DNA of 53,718 nt, from contig CP154954.1 in assembly GCA_039621445.1 (NCBI GenBank), positions 34,755,737-34,809,454 of the forward strand. The letters run 5' to 3'. Source of the DNA: Euglena gracilis (lineage: Eukaryota). Below the pieces are notes generated by a model that was not told the DNA's origin, made no database searches, and worked only from the letters and a program-made list of their open reading frames with translations. The position numbers and the translations under genes are program-made. This document shows, piece after piece, positions 11,067 to 22,578 of this stretch. Each line of letters starts with the position of its first letter. The first letter of the stretch is position 1.

Positions 11067-13754
11067 TCAGGGTGCAGGTTTGTCGGCGTCTTGGCAGTCG
11101 CATCCTGTGCTCCTGTGCCCCTGTGCTGTCACTGTCAGTGAGAGCTGGTCTTGCCCTTTCACTGACATTGTCGGCGAGAGCTGCTCTGCCACAAATGACA
11201 TCAAAGCTGCTGAAATGTGTTGCCAAATGTCGGCGGACATATGAGGCCGGGCCAAACCTTGACTGTCACCCAGTGCTTGCTTGATGAGACGGCTGATGAG
11301 GCCAAAGCCCAGTGGGCCCAAGCCGGACCATGGGTGAAAAGACAAAGGGCTGAACAACCATCCTGCTGCTTCGCATATTGGTTGGTGCTTGGTGATTTTT
11401 TTGTTCTCCATGCTTGCCATGTTCTTCAATGTCTTAGTCTCGTCCCACGTGAAGTCTTTGCGCAATGGGTGAAACACCACGAGGTCGACTGCCAGCGGCC
11501 TTGCTGGATCCACCCCATCCAAGGCAATGTCCGCCGGGCGCGTCTTGCCGCCAATTGCCACTTCTGTGCGGGTGTGCCCCTTTCTGTCTGAGGACCATTG
11601 CAAGCGCATCTCGTACAGCGTTATGTCGCTGCACAAGCTTGTTCTTCTTGCAACAAAGCAAATGGTCACCAAAGGGATCAAGGGCTTCACCACACAATGG
11701 GCACGGTGCTCCTGCTGCGCATGTCAACACCTTTGCCCCCAGCCACCATCTCAGCAACAGCCGGTACCTCGATGCTGGGATTTGGGTTCCGATGCCTTTG
11801 TTGGGCACAGTCTGGGCCCACGCTGTGGTGTGTGGCATTGATTGTAATCGCAACCGGCAACAATCTTGTAGGGAGAGGGCATTCTTCAAAGTATCCTTGT
11901 GTGCCAAGTGCACCTTCTCGGACCACCATTGTTGGCTTGTATGGTCCGCTTCTGCGTCGACGGGCTTTCGCTTCTCCACCCATTCTTTGAGAGGTGCAAA
12001 TTGTTGTCCCAAATGCTTTTGGAGCTCCGTCGCCACATTCACAAAGTCAGGGGACAGTACGCATGCCTCCGGCGGGAACTTGAGCACCTGGTAGCGTTCT
12101 TGTGAGGATAAAATGCATGCCGTCCTTGCCGGCGCTTGCAACACAATCGGATCCCGCCATATGCGCAGGGGGAGGGTGCATTGCGCCCACTGTTCATCCG
12201 AGGTAGCTGGCTGACCAAGAATGTCGTCCCACGTGCGGCGAATGATGCGTGCTGCCGATTGCAGTGGACCCTCCAAGGAAGCTGCTTGCATGGCGCGGAG
12301 GAAATGCATCACTTTGGCATCAAGGCAATAACGCAGTAAAATGTGCTCACACTGCGGGTCACCGAGATTGCTCAAGACATGGCATGCTTCCTGCATCCGA
12401 TCCACCAACGCCTGCATCTCTTTTTTGCGAAACGTTGTTGACGTTGGGTGCTCCATTGGGAAGCCCAAGACTCGCAGGCCATGGCCAGGCAGCCAGGGGA
12501 CTTTTGGGATGGAACGGAGCAGTTCAAAGTTTCGGCCTTCTGTGCTTAATTGCACTTGTGCTGGTCCCCAAAGGCGGCACTTCTGCAGATTCAGGTGCAC
12601 CCCGAGGCGACTGGAGCTTGCACGGATGATTTCCAGAGAGGACGCCAAGGCCTCCAATGTGCCCACGAGGTGCCCATCATCCAAATACCATGCATTCATT
12701 GCGAGATCCCTGGGGAGTCTTGTCAAGTTTCTGCAAATCACGAAGGTCTTGACTCGAATTCTCATTGGGGAACGGAAAGTTCTTCAACACTGGATTGGGG
12801 CAGGCCACTTGCGGTCTCCGTGGATGCAAATCTCGTAATTTGGATTGCACGTTGAGATCCACCGGGTCGTGCAGACCATCCGACATCATGTGCTTCACTG
12901 CTTTCCCGAATGCTCCGTCATCCATGAGTCCTCGCAAGGCGTTCAAAAAGGGTCGTTCTTGCAGTCTCTCCACTTTGTCTTGTAAGGATAAGGACACGTC
13001 GCTTTTCTTTATCTTGCGCTCTGGTCGAGGAAAACTTTGGCAGTACTCTTCCCATAAAGAAATGATGTCGCCGGCCTTGAATCGCCGCACTCGTGAGCGT
13101 ATCAGCTCCACTGCTTGGCCTTTGTGCCCCTTGCCTCCCCTTGAGGACCACAAGGTCACCTTTTGGAACAGTGCCCAATCGCACAATGACTCCCATGGCC
13201 GCTCTCTGCACAGGCCTTGTTGCACCTCTGCCCATGCCACACCCCACACTGTCACTGCTCCACGTGGGATGTGCCGAAAGAGCGGCCGTGAGAGGGACAG
13301 GATCTCATTGATTTCCCCGGCCATGGCTGCATTTTGGGTGTCCAATGATGTTGTCAAGCCTTGGCGCGAGGAAGCAGCAGGTGGTGGTTGTGCTGGGTGT
13401 GACACTGGCGGTAATCTGGAAGGAACGGGATCCGCTCGCACCCGAAAGCAATCGCTTTCCTTCCGGTAGTAGACGCAAGCAATGCCCGCACACCCACCGT
13501 TGCGTCTGTAGCAGCCATGATGCAGATGGCACTTCATTGGCTGCCACATGCACTGTCGCCACGTGGTTGACCATCAACCGCTTCGCATTCCAGCCTTGGA
13601 AATTCCGTCGCAATGACTTCGCACAAGGGGCAAAGGGGCAATGGAAGACACCACTGTCCGCATCCGAATCTGATGAGTCCGGATTTCGTTCTGCTCGACG
13701 TTTCCGGGTTTCCCTATCAACCACCACCAGCCTTGGTGTTTGCTGTTGCGCTGT
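11067..13754 (-). mobile_element. Degenerate CRE/SLACS-clade non-LTR retrotransposon (zinc fingers, RT, REL endonuclease)
   Basis: C2H2-like CPFAPC..NHVATVH, CGHC, LRDLHP, WYLDDG, CPLC..H..CC..RHN and RPADI..AVD; frameshifts and an internal deletion. Confidence 0.9.
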
Positions 13755-13779
13755 TGATGAAGACACTCAGTTTTTCATT

Positions 13780-14352
13780 CACGGTGGGTAGCACATCTTC
13801 ACCCAAACCGTGCCCCGGGCCCAGGGAAACGTCTCTTTTGGCCCTCGCCACACCAGGAACCCCCTTGTGACTCCCTGTGCCGCCACAGGTCGCGGGTAGC
13901 TTATACTGTTGGTGTAATGTAAAAAAGAGTGTTGTCAGGGTGCGGAGGTTGGTTAGCGGAAGATGAGCAAAGGTCACCTTCAATATACCACTCCCCCCCC
14001 TTATTTGAGCACACCCACGGGCCAAAGGACCCCCCAAATGCTCAAATAAGGGGGGGTCAAATAAGGTGGTCAAAAATTCCTTTAGAAAGAGGGCAAAAAA
14101 AAATTCGGCGCATTCGGCGCCTAAAAAATTTCCTTCCCCGGACCCAAATGCTCAATTAAGGGGGGGGTCAAATAAGGGGGGGAGTGGTATATTAGGCGGG
14201 GAGGGGGGCGTTTGTACCTCTTTTGCCACAAGATGGCGTGTTTGTGTCGGGGTTTGGCTTTTGTGTGTTTTGCCTCTCTCCGCGTCTTTGTGAACCCTTC
14301 ATTTGTCTTTGGCTCGGCGTGTGGCTCTGCTCAAGGGGTTACTAGGGGTTAC
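13780..14352 (-). repeat. 3' UTR of CRE family A, with TATA-like box and a conserved ~119-nt terminal motif
   Basis: Near-identical to 19085-19300 plus 18366-18484, and homologous to 25235-25520, each downstream of an ORF ending HSPYSV* or HSPYF*. Confidence 0.8.
13988..14187. mobile_element. TA-TSD MITE inserted in the TATATA box
   Basis: TIR CCACTCCCCCC..TTATTTGA; the empty site CAATATATATTAGG at 19121 shows the TA duplication. Confidence 0.9.
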
Positions 14353-14596
14353 TGAGTTGTGTCTTTTTTGCTCATTTTGTAATCTGACCTTGGGGGACGC
14401 GGGGGGGGGACGCGGGGGCACCACCATTCTGGGTACCATGAAATAACATTTTTTTGACCGACCCGGGCCCTCATTTTCCAGGTACCCAAAAACGCTAAAA
14501 TTTTTCCTTCGGCGCTTTGCGCCATGTGTAAATTGGTTCAAGGGCAAAAAAAATTCAGTGCCTGAAAATTTTTTAAAACAACCCAAATGCTCGGGT

Positions 14597-15351
14597 ACAC
14601 CATCTCAAGGACTGCGCACCCTGTTACCCACGGCTAAATTCCGCTGCACACTTCGTTGGTCCCTCGGAATGACTCTCACACCAATGGAATCCGATCCCAA
14701 CCTCTGTCCCAAATGCTTTGGACCATCAGACTTTCTCGGACACCACCTCGTTTGCCGCAAATCAAACTTCATCACCCGGCGGCACGAGGCGGTACAAGAT
14801 TTTCTGACAACCACAACACAGAAGGCAGGATTTACAGCCCGTAAAGAACAACGAGCTGATGACCGTTCCCGGCCTGGGGATATCTTCATTCCTCGCTTGG
14901 ACAGTGATGGACCCGTTGCAGTGGATGTGACAATCCGCCACACCCTTGCGCAAAGTCATCCGCTGCGAAGTGCAGAGAGCCTTTCACAATGGCAAACACG
15001 TCAGGAGGCTGAAAAGCATGCCAAATATATGCAACCTGCCAACGACTGGGCTGGCGGTTGATGCCATTCGTCATGGATTGCTACGGGGGCATGGGACAAG
15101 AAGCGCGCTCCTTGATGGCCACCCTCCTCAAGGCCCTTCTGGGGCAGCGGGAAGGGTGGCAACGGCGGGCCGCAGAAGCAGACATTTGGCAAGGCCTGTC
15201 CTTCACACTTATCAGAGAAATCAGCAGACAGCTCGTTTGGAGCTTGTATTCTTCCAAAGATGAGATCACCCTATCTTCCGCCCACTCACCATATTCTGTC
15301 TGAAGGCCTTTGAGCACAAACTCTCAACCAAATAACCAACCTTGAACTCTC
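14597..15351 (+). pseudogene. CRE REL endonuclease C-terminus and start of 3' UTR (inverted segment)
   Basis: CPKC..H..C..RRH, RPGDI, AVDVTI, HSPYSV*; highly similar to 19318-20075 (minus). Confidence 0.9.
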
Positions 15352-15730
15352 GCCGGCCCCAAAACCCCCAAAGTTTTAGGGGTCCCTGTCCACCACCCCC
15401 AAGGGGGTGTATGAGTCGCGGGGGGGGGGGTCGCGGGGGGGTCGCGGGGGGGGTCGCGGGGGGAACGTGGAAGTTTTGACGGGTCACGCGTGACAAGTGT
15501 GACCTTTCATACAACATCACATGGAACCTATTTTTAGAACTTTTGGGTCCAAAAATAGCGCCAATTAGGAATTTGTCACACATTTTTGGCAATTTTGATT
15601 CCTAATTTGAGTGCAAATTAGGAATTAGGTGCCACTTTTTGGCTCCTACTGGGATGTGGAAACCCTCCATGTGTGGGTCGCGGGGGGGTCGCGGGGGGGG
15701 GTCGCGGGGGGGGGTCGCGGGGGATACACC

Positions 15731-16356
15731 CCCCAAGATGACCGCTTCTGTGAAGAAGTTTGGAATAAGCGCATTGAAGGCATCCGACGTTCTTGCACAG
15801 TACTTCAGCACCTACCTCAATCGCATGTGCAATTCACCTTGCTTCGGTTTTGCTTATCCGCTTGCAAAGTGAATGACCTCTTGCGCGCCTGCAAAATCTC
15901 CTCTGCAACAGCGGCATGCAAGACATTGTCGGGAATTATTCGGGAAACATTCAGTGGCATGGTCGGCTCCCCTTGCACCCCAGAAGAATGGTTACAAGTT
16001 TCCCTGGCCATCAGATGCGGTGGATTGGGGATCTCGGATCCACTATTTCAACGTGTGCCTGCCAGATTGTCTCAAGTGGTGGACTTTTATCGAAGAGCTC
16101 CCTCTGTCTTGGGCCTGCCAGCTGCCATGGACATCCTTCCCAAGGACGCTGACGATTGTTTACGGACAGCCCTCAATAAACTTGGTCAAATGGCTCAACT
16201 GCCACAATGGGCCAGTGACAAAAACCTGATCCCTCAGGCACAGTCTCCACACAATTCACAACGTTGGTGGAACCAGCAGGGCATGCTTGCCCGCCAGAAA
16301 ACACTTCGGGACACATTGAATGGACCTGCTGCTGTACGTTTTGCATGCCAATGCCA
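15731..16356 (+). pseudogene. CRE RT thumb/spacer segment (inverted segment)
   Basis: QFTLLRFCLSACKVNDLLR, QVSLAIRCGGLGI, SQRWW. Confidence 0.85.
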
Positions 16357-17364
16357 GTGCCCCATCCTCAAAAAATTCCAAATTTGGCGGCATATCAAAA
16401 CCAAACGTGAAGTTGGGGTTTTAAAAAAAAGAATGCATGAATCCAAATGGTGCAATGAAGCTGACAATTTTATTGTGGGCCCCATCCATGAGGCCAAACT
16501 CATGCCTAAAAATTCTTTGGGGCAATGTCTTTTCCATGGGTTGTTTTCGCTCCCGGAGCCGTTGGCCCAGAAAACCAGACAAACTTGCATTTTACAAACG
16601 TTTCCCGCATACTTTGGCTGGTAATTTTTGGGAATGGATCCGCCAAAACGGGCGATGGGAACGGTGTCCACAAAAAAAGGATACAAAATGGAAGTGTGCG
16701 CAATGGTTGAGGGGGGACAGTCTAGGAGTAGCATTGATTATGCCGAACAAAAAAGAAGAAGCAAATGGGCACTCTTTGCAAAACCAGTAGGGGTTGCTTG
16801 ATTGGCAGTCCAACATTTTCACAAAAAAAATCCTAACCTAAAAACCTAAACCTCAGACGGTTTCATCAAAAAGCCTCTACAAAAAAAGGACACCAAGCCA
16901 CTTGGTGGGGACGCGGGGGGGACGCGGGGGGGGGGGGGACGCGGGGGGGACGCGGGGGCTCAACCCCCTTTTAGACCAGAACCAGCAACAAAGGCCATAG
17001 CCGGCGTTTTTTTGTTTTTTTGGGGGGGAAAAACGTTTTTTTTGTTTTTTATTGGAAAAAACAGGCAAAAAAAACGGCAAAAAAAAACAAAGGAGAAAAT
17101 GATGGTCCAAATTTTGCCTTTGATCGCAAGCGTGAACCAATCTTAGCTCAAATGACTTGAAAACCAATACTTTTGGAGGTCTTCAACAAGAATGGTCAAA
17201 ATAGGGCATTTTTCTGCCATTTTGGGATGTTTCAACTTGAAACATCCCAAATTTGGTGTCTTTCTCTGCCTGAGGATGGGCAAAAAAAAGCTAAAATTAA
17301 AGGCAATTTTTTTTTGCCCTGGACCCTCAATGGCGTTTTTTTGTTTTTTTTGACTTCGTTTTAA

Positions 17365-18287
17365 ACGAAGTGCCAGCTATGACAAAGGCGGTTGGTGGTA
17401 TTTGATGTAAGGGGCTATCCTGTGGCGGGCATGTGAACGCAGGTCCCCACAATCGACATTCTGCAGGGTTCACGGTCAACCCAAGCGTGGCTGCCTCACA
17501 AATTAGAAAGGCAAGGGCATTGTGCAATTGGGCTGGCGATCCCAGCAGATGGGCGTCATCCAAGTACCACCCCTGCCATTCGACCAAAGGTGAGAGGCCC
17601 TCACAAAGGTCTTGCAGGCAGACAATGGTTTCCACAATGCAGCTTGCTGTGTTGGGCGTAGCACGAATCCAGCCAAGGGCACACTTCTGGGCATCGTCTA
17701 CGGATGGATTGCAGGATTTTTTCCCGTGGGGGTGGTTCGGGACGCGGGGGGGGGCGCGGGGGGGGGACGCGGGGGGGACGCGGGGGGGAACCGTGGCCCA
17801 ACCACCCCCCACACGTTTTCTTTGGCGTCACCTAAATTCGTATGAAATTTTCCTTTGGTCGACCAAAAAACGTGCCCGGCCAAAATCCGGGACGCGGGGG
17901 GGACGCGGGGGGGGACGCGGGGGGGACGCGGGGGGAACACCCCCCGTGACAAGGAGTTGAAGGCATTCCTGAAATCCACTTGAAGCAGCCCCCAGCGATT
18001 GTCTCTGTCCGAGTGTTGAGTGTCCACCATCTGTTGGATGCCCATTACGATCAATGGACATGCATTCGGCACACCAACGCCACATTGGCACACCAACGCC
18101 ACATTGTGGAGGACTCAGTTCTTTCAAAGCGTTTACCACTGTGGGATGACGCATGAGGCATTTGCCAACCAATCGGCGGAGTGTTTCACCTGCTGCGATC
18201 GGGCGAGTGTCTTCATCACACACCGTGTGCTCCACAAGGTTTCCAAAAGCATCCTCTTCCATTGCTGTTTGTTTGTTCTGTTTTTGC
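17365..18287 (-). pseudogene. CRE RT core segment interrupted by a MITE
   Basis: RPIAAGETLRRLVGK, QCGVG, QVDFRNAFN, WYLDDAHL. Confidence 0.9.
17729..17944. mobile_element. GGACGCGGGGGG-family MITE inside RT coding sequence
   Basis: CGTG duplicated; removal restores NSLSR-EKILQ. Confidence 0.8.
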
Positions 18288-18497
18288 GGTGGGACAATAT
18301 GGGGGGGGGGGTGGTATCACTCATCACTCAGTAGCTCCTTTGTACATTACACCCACATTATAATCTACCCGCGACCTGTGGCGGCACAGGGAGTCACAAG
18401 GGGGTTCCTCTTGTGGCGAGGGCCAAAAGAGACGTTTCCCTGGGCCCGGGGCACGGTTTGGGTGAAGCTGTGCTACCCACTGTGATCTGTGTCATCA

Positions 18498-18752
18498 ATT
18501 CGGACCCGGAAAGCACAAAAGAGCGATTGCAAAATTTGCGCAAAGCTATATTCGGGTTCCCAAAGGAATCCGCACCGGGACCCTCCGGCCTGAGACCTGA
18601 CCACCTCAAGGCCATGGTTGGAGACCACCCAGGGGCTTGTGGAGATGACCTCCTCGAAGTGCTTGATACCTTCATCTATCGGGCAATTACAAACGGTGTT
18701 CACCCCAGCATGGCCCCAATTCTTTCCTCTGCCAGGTTGACACCTCTCCGGA
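18498..18752 (+). pseudogene. CRE RT N-terminal segment (inverted segment)
   Basis: FPKESAPGPSGLRPDHL...ARLTPLR. Confidence 0.85.
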
Positions 18753-18872
18753 GGCCCGAAGGGACAATATGGGGGGGGGGACAATATGGGGGTACCAAAG
18801 GAAATTTCATTGACCGAGCCAAAAAAACCCCTCGTCGGCCGGGCCGAGGGACAATATGGGGGGGGGACAATA

Positions 18873-19061
18873 CCACCCCCCCCCCTAAATGACCCCCCCC
18901 CCTAGATGACCCCCCTGGGGGGTCATCTAGGGGGGGGGGGTCATAGAGCAGAGCAATTTTTCAAGTGGGAAAAGTATCCCCCCCCTAAATGACCCCCCCC
19001 CTAGATGACCCTTTGGGGGGTCCTGAAGCAACATCAATAGGGTCATTTAGGGGGGGGGTGG
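18873..19061. mobile_element. TA-TSD MITE (CTAAATGAC family) nested in another MITE
   Basis: TA|CCACCCCC...GGGGGTGG|TA. Confidence 0.8.
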
Positions 19062-20270
19062 TATGGGGGGGGGTAGTTGTGGAGGTCAGTGGTTAGCGGA
19101 AGATGAGCAAAGGTCACCTTCAATATATATTAGGCGGGGAGGGGGGCGTTTGTACCGCTTTTGCCACAAGATGGCGTGTTTGTGTCGGGTTTTGGCTTTT
19201 GTTGTGTTTTGCTTCTCTGCGCGTCTATGCGATATGTGACCCATGGATTTGTCTTTGGCTCGGCGTGTGGCTCTGCTCAGATCAGGGGGTAACTAGGGGT
19301 TAAAAACTTGGCAGGTGAGAGTTCAAGGTTGGTTATTTGGTTGAGAGTTTGTGCTCAAAGTCCTTCAGACAGAATATGGTGAGTGGGCAGAAGACAGGGT
19401 GATCTCATCTTTCGAAGAATACAAGCTCCAAACGAGCTGTCTGCTGATTTCTCTGATAAGTGTGAAGGACAGGCCTTGCCAAATGTCTGCTTCTGCGGCC
19501 CGCCGCTGCCACCCTTCCCGCTGCCCCAGAAGGGCCTTGAGGAGGGTGGCCATCAAGGAGCGCGCTTCTTGTCCCATGCCCCCGTAGCAATCCATGACGA
19601 ATGGCATCAACCGCCAGCCCAGTCGTTGGCAGGTTGCATATATTTGGCATGCTTTTGAGCCTCCTGACGTGTTTGCCATTGTGAAAGGCTCTCTGCACTT
19701 CGCAGCGGATGACTTTGCGCAAGGGTGTGGCGGATTGTCACATCCACTGCAACGGGTCCATCACTGTCCAAGCGAGGAATGAAGATATCCCCAGGCCGGG
19801 AACGGTCATCAGCTCGTTGTTCTTTACGGGCTGTAAATCCTGCCTTCTGTGTTGTGGTTGTCAGAAAATCTTGTACCGCCCCGTGCCGCCGGGTGACGAA
19901 GTTTGATTTGCAGCAAACGAGATGGTGTCCGAGAAAATCTGATTGTCCAAAGCATTTGGGACACAGGTTGGGATCGGATTCCATTGGTGTGAGAGTCATT
20001 CCGAGGGACCAACGAAGTGTGCAGCGGAATTCAGCCGTGGGAAAAACAGGGTGCGGAGTCCTTGAGATGGTGTCGAAGCGGCCCATGCCATAGCGTGTGG
20101 TTGGCATTGGCTTGCAAAACGTACAGCATCAGGTCCATTCAATGTGTCCCGAAGTGTTTTCTGGCGGGCAAGCATGCTCTGCTGATTCCACCAACGTTGT
20201 GAATTGTGTGGAGACTGTGCCTGAGGGATCAAATTTTTGTCAGTGGTCCATTGTGGCAGTGGGCCTATTT

Positions 20271-21440
20271 GGCTCCCGGATCTGGCCTGGGGGGGGGGGT
20301 TGTGGGCAGACCCTAGGGTCTGCCCACGGTCGCCAAAGGTCGCCAAAGGTCGCTATGGGTATTTCCTACTCAGTCTTTTTTGCATTGTAGCGGCGTAGGC
20401 AACTGTTCCAGGGCCCTAAAAAAAAATCCCTTGTGTGTGCAACACCTTTTGTGTGTATGTTGCGCTAATTTGCCGTGGAGCGCATTTTTTGACATCGACC
20501 CACCCATAGGTGCCGGATCAATTTTTTCTCGGGGGGGGCGAACATTCCGCCGAACGCCGAAGACTGACATATGGAACCGCAACCTGCTACCCGAACAGGC
20601 TTCTTTTTAAGTCACCTGACCCCCCCCCCCCGGGGGGGAGGGGGGGGGGGTGGGTGGGTCCGGGCCGGACCCCCCCCGGGGGGGGGGAGGGTCCCGCGCC
20701 GGAGGCGCTGGGTATACCTTTTCGGCGCGAAGCGCCGAAAATTTTTGAAAATTGCCTTTAACGTGCCCGATTTTGGGGGGGTCCCCGGACCCAAATGGTC
20801 AATTAAGGGGGGGTAGAAATAGGGGGGGGGGGTGGTAACGTGTTTGTTATCCACAAGAAATTTGCACAACCACAAAACGGTCACAATCACCTCAATTTTT
20901 ATCAACAAAAAGCAAAGGTTTTTACCACGTGCCACCCGCAAGGTAGCGAAACGGTGGCCATTTTTCTGTATAGAAAGGTGAAATGGTCACATGAAAATCT
21001 TTTTAAGATTGGACCCCTGTGGAGCGTGGGTGCGCTGGACTTGGGGATGGGTCGTGTGTGCAGGATTTTCCTCCGTTTTTAAAAAAAGTTATCCCAACCC
21101 CAAAGACCAATGTGGGCTGGGACAAGGGAGCTAAAATGTTAAATTTCAGTGCTGCCCGAAGGGCAGCTAGACGGTAATGGTTTTCCTTCCAAAAAAATGT
21201 TAAAATACATATCAGATACCTTTTCACTAATAAATTTGGACAAAACTTTGGTTCACAAGTAGAACACATTTTTGTGGAGTGAAAAAAAAATTTCTTCCCA
21301 AAATCTCGGGGGGGGCGGCCGCCCCCCCCGACCCCCCCTTGTGGCACCCCTGGACCCACCCACGACCTTTGGCGACCATGGCGACCTTTGGCGACCCTAG
21401 GGTCTGCCCACACCCCCCCCCCAGGCCAAATCTACCCCCC
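20271..21440. mobile_element. MULE-like non-autonomous element, 9-bp TSD GGCCTATTT
   Basis: Ends GGCTCCCGGATCTGGCC and GGCCAAATCTACCCCCC; TSD at 20262-20270 and 21441-21449. Confidence 0.85.
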
Positions 21441-21461
21441 GGCCTATTTGACCGAATTCAT

Positions 21462-22508
21462 GGCTCCCGGATCTGGCCTGGGGGGGGGGGGGTTGTGGGC
21501 AGACCCTAGGGTCTGCCCACGGTCGCCAAAGGTCGCCAAAGGTCGCTATGGGTATCAGGGTTGGGCAATTAACCGTTGTTATTGGGGTCAAGCGATTAAC
21601 CATGGTTAACTGGGGGTCAACAAGCGATTGACCAATTTTCGATTAACAGTGCCTTTCCCTCGATTAATCTCGATTAACCGCCACAAAAATTCAAAGTGTC
21701 GCTACCCTTGAGTAGTGTTGTGCACCTTGCCAGATTGGTGCCTGAAAACATCATCCCCGAACCAAAGCTTAGGCTCTCATTCATTGGATGGATCATGAGC
21801 CAAACAAACGAAAAAAATGAAAAACGGAAAAATGGATCTCTGTTGCCGAGTCTAATGGGTCAGATAGCCAAGTTGGCATCAATTCATTCGCACAAACATG
21901 AGCGCATCAACGGAGCAATCACTAAGGCGATTGCACAAATCACTGGCTTCTTTCATCTGATGACAATCACCGCCCCTCCTCCGAAGGGTTATGTTCGGTG
22001 TTGCAGTTGAAAATTGCCTCTTTTTCAAAAGGGAACTTCAATTACCCACACAACGAGGTCCATCCCCCCCCGGTGTCTAAGTCCCCAAGGGGTAGAGAAA
22101 TGTTCCCAAACCCAAGACATCTCTGATTTCTGCAAAAAAAAGTCGATTAACTGGGGGGGCCACAAGCGATTAACCGTTTTTCGATTAACCATGGTTAATT
22201 GTCCCCCCCACAAACGATCGATTAACTGGGGGGGTCACAAGCGATTGACCGTTTTTCGATTAACCATCCAACCCTGTGGGTATTTCCTGCTCAGTCTTTT
22301 TTGCATTGTAGCGGCGTAGGCAACTGTTCCAGGGCCCTAAAAAAAAAATCCCTTGTGTGTGCAACACCTTTTGTGTGTATGTTGCGCTAATTTGCCGTGG
22401 AGCGCATTTTTTGACATCGACCCACCCACGACCTTTGGCGACCATGGCGACCTTTGGCGACCCTAGGGTCTGCCCACAACCCCCCCCCCCAGGCCAAATC
22501 TACCCCCC
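21462..22508. mobile_element. Second copy of the same MULE-like element, 9-bp TSD CGAATTCAT
   Basis: Same ends; TSD at 21453-21461 and 22509-22517. Confidence 0.85.
21556..22276. mobile_element. hAT-like MITE nested in the MULE-like element
   Basis: TIR CAGGGTTGG/CCAACCCTG; TGGGTAT duplicated; empty site visible near 20355; CGATTAAC subterminal repeats. Confidence 0.75.
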
Positions 22509-22578
22509 CGAATTCATTGAGGGCTGTCTGTAAACAATCGTCAGTGTCTTTGGGAAGGATGTCTTTGGGAATTGATGA

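Larger units (their letters stand above)
19076..22572 (-). mobile_element. 5'-truncated CRE element (family A) interrupted by two MULE-type MITEs
   Basis: KDILPKDTDDCL at ~22520-22570 continues at ~20260 through the REL domain to HSPYSV* and the 3' UTR. Confidence 0.85.

Noticed and set aside
18321-18326. Additional TCATCA junction
   Set aside because: After undoing the inversion it falls inside a continuous 3' UTR.
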